Shown here in pieces: positions 9,735 through 18,694 of a stretch of 64,000 nt of DNA. This DNA comes from an uncultured delta proteobacterium (GTDB lineage Bacteria > Desulfobacterota > Binatia > UBA9968), in the NCBI GenBank assembly GCA_963727625.1, contig CAVSHR010000012.1, positions 160,001 through 224,000 of the forward strand, written 5' to 3'. The notes below the pieces were generated by a model, which worked only from the letters and a program-made list of their open reading frames with translations, was not told where the DNA came from and searched no databases. Positions within the stretch are counted from its first letter, which is position 1. Each line of letters begins with the position of its first letter. The position numbers and the translations under genes were made by a program.

Positions 9735-11423
9735 ATGAAAAAAAACCAGTTCGATGGCGGCACCGCCATAGTCGAAGCATTCCGCAAGCTCGGAGTCGAG
9801 TACATCCTCTCTTCGCCGGGTACTGAGTGGGCGCCCGTGTGGGAAGCCATGGCCGATCAGATCCACCGGCGCAAGGAAGGCCCCAAGCTTTTGGACGTGT
9901 GGCACGAAACGCTCGCCGTCGACATGGCCGCGGGCTACACACTGGCCAGCGGCCGGATGCAGGGCGTATTGCTGCATGCGGGCGCCGGCCTGCTGCAGGG
10001 CGCCATGGGTATCCACGGCGCCTTTGTCGCCGGTGTGCCGATGGTGGTGATCTCCGGCGAATCGATGACCTACGGCGAGCAGCCGGAGTTCGATCCGGGC
10101 GCTCAGTGGATGAACAACTTGAGCATCGTCAGCGGCACGACCAACCTGGTTGATTCGATCGTCAAGTACTCCTCCGTCGCAGGCAGCGCCTACACGCTCT
10201 ATGAAAGCGTCATCCGCGCCGGCGAGCTCGCGCAGCGGCATCCGACCGGCCCAACCTATCTGTCCGTTTCGACGGAAACGCTGATGGATGGCTGGACGCC
10301 GCCGGCCAATCCACGCACGGTACCGCCCGCGCCGCGCATGTTGACCGCGCCGGAGGACATCGAAAAGCTCGCCGCCCGGATTTCCAAAGCGAAGCACCCG
10401 GTCGTGCTCACCGAGGGCGCCGGCCGGGAGGTCGAGACCTACGAGGCTCTGGTGGCGCTGTGCGAGAAGTTCGCTCTGCCGGTGGTCGAAAAGGCCGGCG
10501 CTCTGTTCGCCAACTTCCCCAAGGATCATCCGCTTTATCAGGGAACTGACATCAAACCGTTCTGGAACGACATGGACCTTGCGATCGTCGTCCGGGCGCG
10601 CGCACCCTGGTATCCGCCGAGCAACCGCCCGCCCAAGGCGGCGATCGCCATGGTGGACGAGGCGCCGCACAACTCGGCAATGGTCTACCAAAGTCACCAG
10701 GCTGACATGTACCTGGAAGGCAACGCGGCGCAGACGCTGCGCGATCTGGCCGATGCCGCCACTGTCGATAAGGCTGCGGTGGAGACAAGACGCAAGGAGC
10801 TCACCGCGGCGCACGATGCGATGGTCGAGAAAAAGAGTGCGGCACAGGCGGCGGCGCGCAAGAATTCACCGATCGACCCGGTTTGGCTATGCGCCTCACT
10901 GAACGCAGTCATGCCGCAAGACTCGATCTATATCGACGAGGTCACCACCCACACAGGCCTCCTACGTCAGCACCTAGCGTGGAACCAACCGCAGAGCCTT
11001 TTCACCCGCCAGGGCGGTCTCGGACAGGGACTGGGCCTTTCGCTGGGGATCAAGCTGGCGAAGCCGGAACGGCAGGTCGTGACGCTGATCGGCGACGGCG
11101 CGTTCCTGTACAACCCGGCGCTCGGCAGCCTTGGCGCTGCGCGCGATTACAAACTGCCGACCATGGCGGTCATTTTCAACAACAAGAAATATGCCGCGAT
11201 GCAGGGCATGCATCTCAAGATGTATCCGGACGGGATCGCGGCAGAGACCGATGTCTATCACGGCACGCATATCAACGCGCCCGACTTCGTGAAGGTCGCC
11301 GAATCCGTCGGCGGCTACGGCGAACAGGTAACGGATCCGGAAAAACTCCAGGACGCGCTCAAGCGCGGCCTGGAAGCCAACCGGAGCGGCAAGCCGGCGA
11401 TCATCGACGTGATCGTTGCATAG
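9735..11423 (+). CDS. thiamine diphosphate-dependent enzyme (acetolactate synthase/benzoylformate decarboxylase superfamily)
   Basis: SPGTE; HE catalytic Glu (WHETLAVDMAAGY); GDGAFLY...IFNN ThDP motif; GGGAG RBS before ATG 9735. Confidence 0.88.
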   Translation: MKKNQFDGGTAIVEAFRKLGVEYILSSPGTEWAPVWEAMADQIHRRKEGPKLLDVWHETLAVDMAAGYTLASGRMQGVLLHAGAGLLQGAMGIHGAFVAGVPMVVISGESMTYGEQPEFDPGAQWMNNLSIVSGTTNLVDSIVKYSSVAGSAYTLYESVIRAGELAQRHPTGPTYLSVSTETLMDGWTPPANPRTVPPAPRMLTAPEDIEKLAARISKAKHPVVLTEGAGREVETYEALVALCEKFALPVVEKAGALFANFPKDHPLYQGTDIKPFWNDMDLAIVVRARAPWYPPSNRPPKAAIAMVDEAPHNSAMVYQSHQADMYLEGNAAQTLRDLADAATVDKAAVETRRKELTAAHDAMVEKKSAAQAAARKNSPIDPVWLCASLNAVMPQDSIYIDEVTTHTGLLRQHLAWNQPQSLFTRQGGLGQGLGLSLGIKLAKPERQVVTLIGDGAFLYNPALGSLGAARDYKLPTMAVIFNNKKYAAMQGMHLKMYPDGIAAETDVYHGTHINAPDFVKVAESVGGYGEQVTDPEKLQDALKRGLEANRSGKPAIIDVIVA

Positions 11424-11621
11424 TTGACACGGAAGGGTCGGTTGTTCCAGCGGTAGCAACCGCCCTTCACGCACTCTATCCGAAACCGGAATCCAGAACC
11501 GACTAGCATGGAACTATTGAGGTTTGCAAATTATAATGATTAATTTTTACCCGGATTGTGCAGTGAAACAATTGCTTCAACTCGTCACGATATTTTGCAA
11601 ACATCAATGGGAGGAAACACC

Positions 11622-12719
11622 ATGACACATATCAAACGACTTAGGGGATTGTTATTCGTCGCTTGGATAGCGGTATTCTTGTATCCTGCGACGTCCCAGC
11701 CGCAGGTTGCTTTTCCAAAGGGGTGTTTGGACTGTCATGGTTCCGAACCGAAATATCCGGTCAGGGGAATTAGATCGCAGTACATGACTTCTGGTCATAA
11801 GGTTCTCGGCAATGCCTCTTATTCCAACGGCGGAGGATGCCAACAGTGTCACACGAATGAAGGCTTCATTGAGTATGCCGAGACAGGCAAGGTAGACCCG
11901 AAAGGATTCGTTGCAAATCCCTCTGAAATAGGCTGTTTCACTTGTCATGCGCCTCACGAAAAAGGCGATTTCTCGCTGCGAAAGGCGGATAAAGTCACAC
12001 TGGCCAATGGTGCAACTTTTGATAAGGGCAAGGGCAACCTTTGCGCCAACTGCCACCGAGCGAGAAGAACCCCTGCACAAGAGGTGAAAGAAAGGACGAT
12101 TCCCAATGACCACTGGGGAGCACACCACGGACCCCAGGCCGATATGCTGCTCGGGACAAACGCGTATGAGTTTCCAGGAAAAAAGTATACGAAATCAGCT
12201 CACGCCATTTTGCCAAATGCAAACTGTGTCACCTGCCATATGGCACAGCCGAAAGGACGCTACTCGCTCTCACCGAGGGTGGGGGGGCACAGTTTCAGAA
12301 TCGAAGGGGAAGTTCACGAGGCGCCGACGCTGAATTTGGCCGGATGTGAAGGATGTCACAAACACCTGAAACAAGCGCAGGGTAAGGTGGTGTTTGCTAG
12401 CCCTGCGGCAGCAGATTACGACAATGACGGCAAAGTAGAAAACATTCAGGAAGAGGTCCAGGGGCTTTATGAAAGACTTATTAACACGCGGGGCACCGGA
12501 TTGCTCCAAACAATGAACAATCCACTTTACGATGGGAAAGGAAAGTTTATAAATAATAAGGTCAAGTACCCCGTCAAAGTCGTTGCTGCCCTTTACAACT
12601 ACAAGTTTGTCCAGGAGGATAGGAGTAGAGGAATCCACAACACCAAGTATGCCGTCGAGCTTTTAATGGATTCTATAAAGGCCTTGGACCCGAAGTTTGA
12701 TGATTCAAAAAGGCCTTAG
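11622..12719 (+). CDS. exported multiheme (6x CxxCH) cytochrome c, NrfA/c552-like superfamily
   Basis: Signal peptide; CLDCH, CQQCH, CFTCH, CANCH, CVTCH, CEGCH; C-terminal D.S.GIHN.KY helix motif; GGGAGG RBS. Confidence 0.88.
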   Translation: MTHIKRLRGLLFVAWIAVFLYPATSQPQVAFPKGCLDCHGSEPKYPVRGIRSQYMTSGHKVLGNASYSNGGGCQQCHTNEGFIEYAETGKVDPKGFVANPSEIGCFTCHAPHEKGDFSLRKADKVTLANGATFDKGKGNLCANCHRARRTPAQEVKERTIPNDHWGAHHGPQADMLLGTNAYEFPGKKYTKSAHAILPNANCVTCHMAQPKGRYSLSPRVGGHSFRIEGEVHEAPTLNLAGCEGCHKHLKQAQGKVVFASPAAADYDNDGKVENIQEEVQGLYERLINTRGTGLLQTMNNPLYDGKGKFINNKVKYPVKVVAALYNYKFVQEDRSRGIHNTKYAVELLMDSIKALDPKFDDSKRP

Positions 12720-12790
12720 ATCATTGTCCACGATTTCAGAATACTCAGATTATATAGCTGAGAGGCAAGGTTCTATCGCAAGAAAAATTA

Positions 12791-12823
12791 GCGGCGGTCC
12801 ACCTCGGGCCGCCGTTTTCTTTT
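12791..12823 (+). terminator. intrinsic terminator after multiheme cytochrome
   Basis: GCGGCGGTCC-acctc-GGGCCGCCGT followed by TTTCTTTT. Confidence 0.7.
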
Positions 12824-12992
12824 CAGCTCATCAGCAGCGTAGGATCGAACTGATATATTCTCCGACGGCTCAACCCTGTGATATTTGCCTGACGCGTCTC
12901 TCCTGCCGGGATCATCGCTGAGCTTGATTACTCCCACGCGTCGGGAATAGAACGTTAGACGTTGAGGGACCCAATGCCATAGAGGAGGAGTC

Positions 12993-13295
12993 ATGCCAAG
13001 AGTCGTTTTCACGCACCCTGTCCGTGATCGTGCCCAATGGGCGAGCAAGCATTCGGAGCAAGTCGAGGCGTTCGCTTCATGGGGATCGAACGTAATCGAC
13101 TACCTCGGCGCCGACGGTAGCAACAACATCGCCGTGAGTGTGGACGTTCACGATCTGGCGGCAATGCAGGCGGCGCTCGACTCGTCCGAGATCGAGGCGG
13201 CTAAACAGGCTCACGGGGTCCTGGGCCCCTTACGATCCACATTGAGAAAAGGTGAAGCAAGCTTGCGAAGCACCCAACGATCCGGGGCTCTCTAA
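12993..13295 (+). CDS. small hypothetical protein (dimeric alpha/beta-barrel-like), probable C-terminal frameshift
   Basis: GAGGAGGAG RBS; globular sequence to HGVLGP; one extra C in the run at 13226-13229 would give LTIHIEKR-stop at 13255. Confidence 0.6.
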   Translation: MPRVVFTHPVRDRAQWASKHSEQVEAFASWGSNVIDYLGADGSNNIAVSVDVHDLAAMQAALDSSEIEAAKQAHGVLGPLRSTLRKGEASLRSTQRSGAL

Positions 13296-13609
13296 CAAGC
13301 GAACGAACTCCACGAGTTTCGTACGGCACTTCGCAGTTGTTCGAGTCGCGTGACGTCGCGGGTTAATCGCTGGCCGTTAGCCCTGAGATTGAACTGTTTT
13401 CTCCATCGGCTAAATCCCGTCGCGCTCCATCTGCTTCGCTCCCCTCTGTAATCGAAAATTTCTCGGTCACAGTTGAACCGCAAGCGGGTTGTCACAGTGT
13501 GACCAAACACCGGACTAATTCACAACAAAACAGTCTAAATTGGACACATAGAAAACCTACGATCGTAGACTTTTCAAGCAGATCAGCAAGTTGGAAGACC
13601 GCTGTCCGT

Positions 13610-13655
13610 GTCTCCGGAACCCTAACTCCGGGTTCAATTCTCGGCGAGCGCAGCA
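13610..13655 (+). repeat. displaced tRNA-Arg 3' fragment (att site)
   Basis: GTCTCCGGAACCCTAA identical to the tRNA; then CCGGG-TTCAATT-CTCGG T-arm and CGAGCGCAGCA acceptor-like end. Confidence 0.8.
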
Positions 13656-13962
13656 CGATCGAGTCATCCAAATCATTTCCGTGACCACTCGCAGCTTGGA
13701 GTCAGGTCGGTCACGGCCTATGCCGCTATCCCTCAAAAGATAAGCGACCCAACCAATGTTAGCGAATTCTATTTTAGGAATGAACTGCGGAGCCGCAGAA
13801 TTAACAATCTTCCGTTGACGCCCAAGCAAGGACCGCGGAGAGGCGTCGGCTTTCAAGTGACGAGCGTCGAAACGCACTCAAAACGTTCGAGGTAAAATTT
13901 TTAATTTAAAAGCTTGCGGTTTGTCCGCAGGATACGAACACTTCGACCGATAGGACCGAGTT

Positions 13963-14508
13963 TTAAACCTTGCCTTGCTGGCGTAAAGCATCGAGACGAG
14001 TTTCGATGATCAAAGTAGCATCTTCCAACGGCGCGCCATCCGGAAGCGGCTCCGCTGCGGAACCGAGCGAAACGAGGCGCTGGTTGAGGAGCGTCAGATC
14101 GGCATATTTTCGCTGCGCATCATAAAACCGATCCAAACAAGCCAGAATGCGTCGATCGAGCTGAGCCAAACACTCGTTCATCGTGATTTGACCTTGCCGG
14201 GCTCGTTCGCGCAACTGCTCGCCTTCCGCCTGCGCCGCGGCGCGCGCGAGCGGCACCACGCGTTCCTCGAGCTGCGCCTGCATATTGCGGAGTGTGTGCA
14301 GCGCCTGGCTATAGCGCTGAGTTGGCGCCTTCGGGGTGGGTCTGGTTTCGTCTGCAGCAAAAGTCGGCGCCGCCGATTCTTCTGCTGGAATCGAGTCTGG
14401 AGCACGGATCGAACCTAGAGCGGATTGAATTCTTGAAATCTTTTCCAGCAATTTGCCCGGGTTGTTGAGCAAATGTTGCAGTTGCCTGATCGGATCCAGC
14501 TCGTCCAC
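13963..14508 (-). CDS. hypothetical coiled-coil protein
   Basis: 181-aa helical L/Q/R/A-rich ORF directly downstream of the HTH gene. Confidence 0.55.
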   Translation of the reverse strand: MDELDPIRQLQHLLNNPGKLLEKISRIQSALGSIRAPDSIPAEESAAPTFAADETRPTPKAPTQRYSQALHTLRNMQAQLEERVVPLARAAAQAEGEQLRERARQGQITMNECLAQLDRRILACLDRFYDAQRKYADLTLLNQRLVSLGSAAEPLPDGAPLEDATLIIETRLDALRQQGKV

Positions 14509-14538
14509 TGAACTAATCGTGTCGGCTGCAAACGGAAC

Positions 14539-14760
14539 TTACTTTGCACCACCCGCAGCGGAACTCAGAGTTGATTCTCCGCTATCGGACAAGCTCATGG
14601 ATTTGCTGGAAACCAATTCGAGAACATCGCTCCGGCTAAAACGCCAACTGCGGCCGATACGATTGCCAGGGATGACACCCCGCTCGGCCAACTTATACAC
14701 GGTTTTTAGGTGTATCTTTAGCAGCGCCGCCACCTCTGAAGGGGTCATGATTTCTTCCAT
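14539..14760 (-). CDS. excisionase-like helix-turn-helix DNA-binding protein (HTH_17)
   Basis: MT..EVA.LLKI...TVY.LA..G.IP..RIG.SWRF; AAGGAG RBS. Confidence 0.85.
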   Translation of the reverse strand: MEEIMTPSEVAALLKIHLKTVYKLAERGVIPGNRIGRSWRFSRSDVLELVSSKSMSLSDSGESTLSSAAGGAK

Positions 14761-14817
14761 CCGATTAATCTCCTTTTATTGGAAATCCGTAAATTTTAGT
14801 ACCCGTGGAAGTTATAA

Positions 14818-14833
14818 AGCATGTCTCGTGCCA
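14818..14833 (-). promoter_or_regulatory. sigma54 (-24/-12) promoter
   Basis: TGGCACGAGACATGCT on the minus strand, GG-N10-GC, about 60 nt upstream of the HTH gene. Confidence 0.65.
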
Positions 14834-15106
14834 GATCCTCCAGCACACGCTCTCCTCTGTCTCTAAGACCCTATTTTACCGAAGTTTTCCGTGGATGGGC
14901 GAATCAATGTAGGTAACACCATATAAGCGCTGCGCTGTCCCTGCGCTGGACAAAATTGGCCGCTTAGTGCAGTTTCTGGCAAGCCCTTGACATGCGACGG
15001 TGCGCGGTGGAATCAACTTCAATCGAGACTAGCCTGGCCCGGCTAGTCTGCACTGCTGTTAAACGCGGCCTCGATGAGTAGGATATCGAGGCTCGGCTCG
15101 CGATCG

Positions 15107-16600
15107 TCAGTCGCTGCCCCAGTGTCCATGGGTATGTCTGGCCTGAACCTGGGCTAATTGCATTTGCCATTTTTTTGAAAATTCGGTGCGCGTTTCATTG
15201 CTGATAGCGCTGGTGCCAGGAAACTTGTCGCGCCACTCCCAAGGCCGCACCGCTTCGATGATCATGCGCGAGTTATGGCCCTTTTGTCCCGGCGGGATGA
15301 TCGGATCCAGCGGCCCGCTCCAGGTGCGCCGCAGGATATCCACCGAAGTGGCCGGATCGGAGCGCGTACAGATCGCCCACATGACTTCGCTCACGTCGGT
15401 AATATCGATATCATCGTCGACCACCACGACGTAACGACCGAGATAAGCGCCCGCGTGACATTGGCAAGCGACCAACGCGGCCTGTTTCGCGTGCCCTGGA
15501 TATCTTTGTTTGATCGCGACAACGATCATGAAGCGCTGCGCCGGCGGCGGCAGGTAGACGCCCTTGATATCCGGCACGCCGGCTTGTTCCATGCCGTTCC
15601 ACACCGTCGCAGCGCGCAGGCAGGAGCGATACATACCGTGGATCGTCGGTTTGAAAGGCGCCGCGCCGCAGATGATCGGGTCGTTGCGGTGATATAGCGC
15701 TTTGACACGGACAAACGGCTCAGCGCGCCGCGCGCTGGCGTAATAACCGGGCCATTCCCCGAAGGGGCCTTCCTCCATGGACTCACCGGGAACGATTTCC
15801 CCTTCGATGACGAACTCCGCGTTGGCCGGAAAATGCAGTCCGGTGAGCGGCCCCTCGATCACGTCGATCGGCTGGCCGATCAGACCGCCCGCCCAATCGT
15901 ATTCATTGACGCCGAAAGGCACCGCTTGAGACGCCGCGATGTAGAGCAAGGGATGCTGGCCGAAGGCCATCGCCACGGGAAAAGTCTTGCCGGCTTTCAT
16001 CGCCTTTTCGTAGTGAATCTTACCGTGCTTGCCGGGCGAGATGTAGAGCCCGACTTTATCCTTGTCCTGGAGCATGACACGGTAACAGCCGACGTTTTCG
16101 ACGCCGGTCTCGGGGTCACGGGTGACCACGAGGTGGGCCGTGCCCAGATAGCGCCCGCCGTCACCGGCGTGCCAGCGCGGCACGGGAAATTTCATCAGAT
16201 CGACTTCATCGCCGCGCTCGACGTTCTCAAACACCGGTCCGTTGGAAACCACGTTGGCTTTAATCGGCTGCATCGCGCGCAAGCGTGCGCGTAAGGCATC
16301 GATCAAAGGAATGGTTGTTAAATCGAGCGGCAGATTAAGCGTCAACGCCGTGCGCTCGAGAGTTTCCAGCATGTTCACGAGCACGCGGCGATTGGGATCG
16401 AAACCGGGCACGTTGTCGAAGACCACGGCCGGCGGCGTAGAAATTCGCTCGAGAATTATTTCCGTCAGCGCGCCGAGTTCGAGATCCCAGTGGGCGCCGG
16501 AGATCTGCTCCAGTTGCTCGAGCCGCTTGACCTCCTTGAGCCAGTCGCGCAGATCGCAAGTATTGGTCGGGCTCGATTTAGCTGCCGTTGCAGTCGCCAT
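15107..16600 (-). CDS. UbiD family (prFMN-dependent) decarboxylase
   Basis: DLR.WL; DGGRY; N.G.YR; EGPFGEWPGYY; VVVDDDID; WA..TR.DP. Confidence 0.92.
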   Translation of the reverse strand: MATATAAKSSPTNTCDLRDWLKEVKRLEQLEQISGAHWDLELGALTEIILERISTPPAVVFDNVPGFDPNRRVLVNMLETLERTALTLNLPLDLTTIPLIDALRARLRAMQPIKANVVSNGPVFENVERGDEVDLMKFPVPRWHAGDGGRYLGTAHLVVTRDPETGVENVGCYRVMLQDKDKVGLYISPGKHGKIHYEKAMKAGKTFPVAMAFGQHPLLYIAASQAVPFGVNEYDWAGGLIGQPIDVIEGPLTGLHFPANAEFVIEGEIVPGESMEEGPFGEWPGYYASARRAEPFVRVKALYHRNDPIICGAAPFKPTIHGMYRSCLRAATVWNGMEQAGVPDIKGVYLPPPAQRFMIVVAIKQRYPGHAKQAALVACQCHAGAYLGRYVVVVDDDIDITDVSEVMWAICTRSDPATSVDILRRTWSGPLDPIIPPGQKGHNSRMIIEAVRPWEWRDKFPGTSAISNETRTEFSKKWQMQLAQVQARHTHGHWGSD

Positions 16601-16629
16601 AAAAGACTCCCTTCGCTCGGCGTAGTCGG

Positions 16630-17634
16630 CTACTCGACGAGCTTCAGCGTGGTTGGATGAAATATCTCTTCGGGCGTAATCGGTCGCGCCGTGATGCCCT
16701 GGGCATGGCAATAACCGAGAAAGGTATCCAGCACATGGCGGTTTTCTTCCAGCCCGTAAGCCCAGGGATCGCTCTTGAAAACCTTTTGCTCGTCGGCGAG
16801 ATAATGATTAGGCCAGGCCTCGACGAGACTGGGAATGGCCCGGCGCCAGTGCTGCGCCCAGCGCTTGGCCTCTGAGTAGAGCCGGAATAGCTGCGCCGGC
16901 AATTCTGGGCATCTTTCGGCCAAACTCTTCTGCAGTGCCAGAACATGCATGATCGGCAAGATTTTGGTCTGGCGGAAATAATCCGCTTCGACTTCGTGAG
17001 AGTTGGCGAAAAGTTTGGCTACGGAATTGTCCGCCAACAAGGTTGCATATTGCGACTCGGTCACGCCAAGCGCGTCGACCTGGCCGTCGAAAAGCGCGCG
17101 GCAGGCGCGCTCGGAAGTGTTCTTGCCGTCGTTCTGGATCATGCGAATGATCGAGCCGTCGCGCGGCTCCACCGTTGCGCCCGGATCATGGTCGTCCCAG
17201 TGATGCATGGAGGCGACATGCCACACGGATTCCGTCGCCGAAACTCCATATTGATCGATCAGCATGCCGCGCATCCAGATCGCCGCAGTCTGCACCCAAC
17301 GGAGAAAGCCGATCTTTTTGCCGCTCAAATCTTCTGGCCGATTAATATTTGCAGCCTTACGGCAAAAGATGAATCCATGACGAAACATGCGCGATGGAAA
17401 AACCGGAATCGCGACGAAATCAGCTTTTCCTCTTGAGGTGTAGTAGATCAGCTCGCCGAGCGACATTTCAGAGACGTCGTACTGTCCCTTGAACATGCCG
17501 GCGAACATCCCGGGCACGTCTTCGGTCTCGGTGATGTCGAATTCGCATCCGGGAATGCCCATCTGGCCGCGTAAAATGGGCAGGGTTCCATCGTAAGCGC
17601 GGCTGGCTAGCCTGATTTTAATTGGAGAAGCCAT
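16630..17634 (-). CDS. 4,5-dihydroxyphthalate decarboxylase-like protein (substrate-binding-protein fold)
   Basis: DVSEMS; IPVFPSR.FRH; QTAA.W.RG.L; PIMH; DPW.YG...N. Confidence 0.8.
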   Translation of the reverse strand: MASPIKIRLASRAYDGTLPILRGQMGIPGCEFDITETEDVPGMFAGMFKGQYDVSEMSLGELIYYTSRGKADFVAIPVFPSRMFRHGFIFCRKAANINRPEDLSGKKIGFLRWVQTAAIWMRGMLIDQYGVSATESVWHVASMHHWDDHDPGATVEPRDGSIIRMIQNDGKNTSERACRALFDGQVDALGVTESQYATLLADNSVAKLFANSHEVEADYFRQTKILPIMHVLALQKSLAERCPELPAQLFRLYSEAKRWAQHWRRAIPSLVEAWPNHYLADEQKVFKSDPWAYGLEENRHVLDTFLGYCHAQGITARPITPEEIFHPTTLKLVE

Positions 17635-17676
17635 AGTGGTTCCGAACCAGAGCGCCGGGAAAACAAGCGCGGCAGG

Positions 17677-18675
17677 TTAGTTGGCTGATTCTTCCCGGTA
17701 AAGCTGCAAAGATTCCATCACCGGGCGATCGTTGATGGAAAACAGCACCGCCTCATCGTTGGCGAGGTTTTCGTGCGAGTGCCACTGCCACAGCGGCACC
17801 ACGAAAGTATCGCCTTGTCGCCATTCGAGAAAATCTTCGCCCACTCTAGTGCGGCCTTGCCCGCGAACGACGTGGAAGATCGCGGTGCTGGTGTGACGGT
17901 GGGTTCTCGTCGACTCTCTACCTTTGAAGAGCTGAATTTCACAGGACATCGTCGGATAGGTATAACCGCCCGTCGCCGGATTGATATAGTGCAACAACCG
18001 GCCGTCGTAGGGGTCGCGGTCTTGGTCGCCAATCGCGCGCAGCGCGGCATGGGTTTCCTTCCAGGCATAGCGAAACGGCACGCCACGTTGATGGCGTTCG
18101 TCTATCTTTGGCGCGCGCACGAAGCCCAATCGGCTCAGCGATTCGCCCGTTTGCTTTGTAATCAGCTGTTCGGGAATGCCCGAATCTTCAAAGAACAGAA
18201 TATTGAGCGACTGAATCAGCGGTCCGTCTAAACCGTCGAGCCAGATAATCGGATCATGGGATTCGTTGTGATGGTCGTGCCAAGTCCAGTTGGGCGTGAG
18301 AATCAGGTCACCCTCTTCCATAAAAAATTTTTCGCCGTCAACAGCCGTGTAAGCTCCCTTCCCCTGCACGACGAAGCGGATCGCCGCCATGTTATGGCGG
18401 TGCGCTTTCGCAACTTCGCCAGGATTGACGATCGAGAAAGTGACTTGCAGCGTGTGCGAGGTCGATTTGATCGGCAAGTGCGGGCTCACGAGCCGGATGG
18501 CGCGGCGCTCCGCCTGGTCGATGCCGATGGTCTCGCTGGCCTTGAGCAGACCGTCGAGCAGCGGTTCCCATTTCCACAGATAGGGTGCTTCCGAAGAGTG
18601 CGCCGGCACGCGCGTGCGCCAGAATCCGGACAGTTGATTTTTTTCTAGATGGCTGTCGAGCTCTTCGAGCTTCAT
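17677..18675 (-). CDS. gentisate 1,2-dioxygenase-like bicupin
   Basis: AERRAI.L..P; AHRH...A.RF; W.WHDH; second HRHT/WH.H cupin. Confidence 0.85.
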   Translation of the reverse strand: MKLEELDSHLEKNQLSGFWRTRVPAHSSEAPYLWKWEPLLDGLLKASETIGIDQAERRAIRLVSPHLPIKSTSHTLQVTFSIVNPGEVAKAHRHNMAAIRFVVQGKGAYTAVDGEKFFMEEGDLILTPNWTWHDHHNESHDPIIWLDGLDGPLIQSLNILFFEDSGIPEQLITKQTGESLSRLGFVRAPKIDERHQRGVPFRYAWKETHAALRAIGDQDRDPYDGRLLHYINPATGGYTYPTMSCEIQLFKGRESTRTHRHTSTAIFHVVRGQGRTRVGEDFLEWRQGDTFVVPLWQWHSHENLANDEAVLFSINDRPVMESLQLYREESAN

Positions 18676-18694
18676 CGCGGCGATCCCTTCGAAG

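Larger units (their letters stand above)
9206..13655. mobile_element. degenerate genomic island integrated in tRNA-Arg(CCG); no intact integrase
   Basis: 16-bp direct repeat GTCTCCGGAACCCTAA at 9206-9221 and 13610-13625, the second copy continuing as a tRNA-like 3' half. Confidence 0.75.

Noticed and set aside
9684-10814. Long antisense ORFs here and at 8285-8737, 34509-35708, 37669-38598, 40212-41045 and 53296-54114
   Set aside because: Shadow frames of GC-rich genes that have clear family motifs on the opposite strand.
11622-12719. Calling the multiheme protein nrfA
   Set aside because: Six CxxCH, no CxxCK, and no nrfH/nrfBCD nearby.
13395-13430. CTCCATCGGCTAAATCCCGTCGC as an IS200/605 or REP-type end
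   Set aside because: Single imperfect copy with no tnpA/tnpB nearby.
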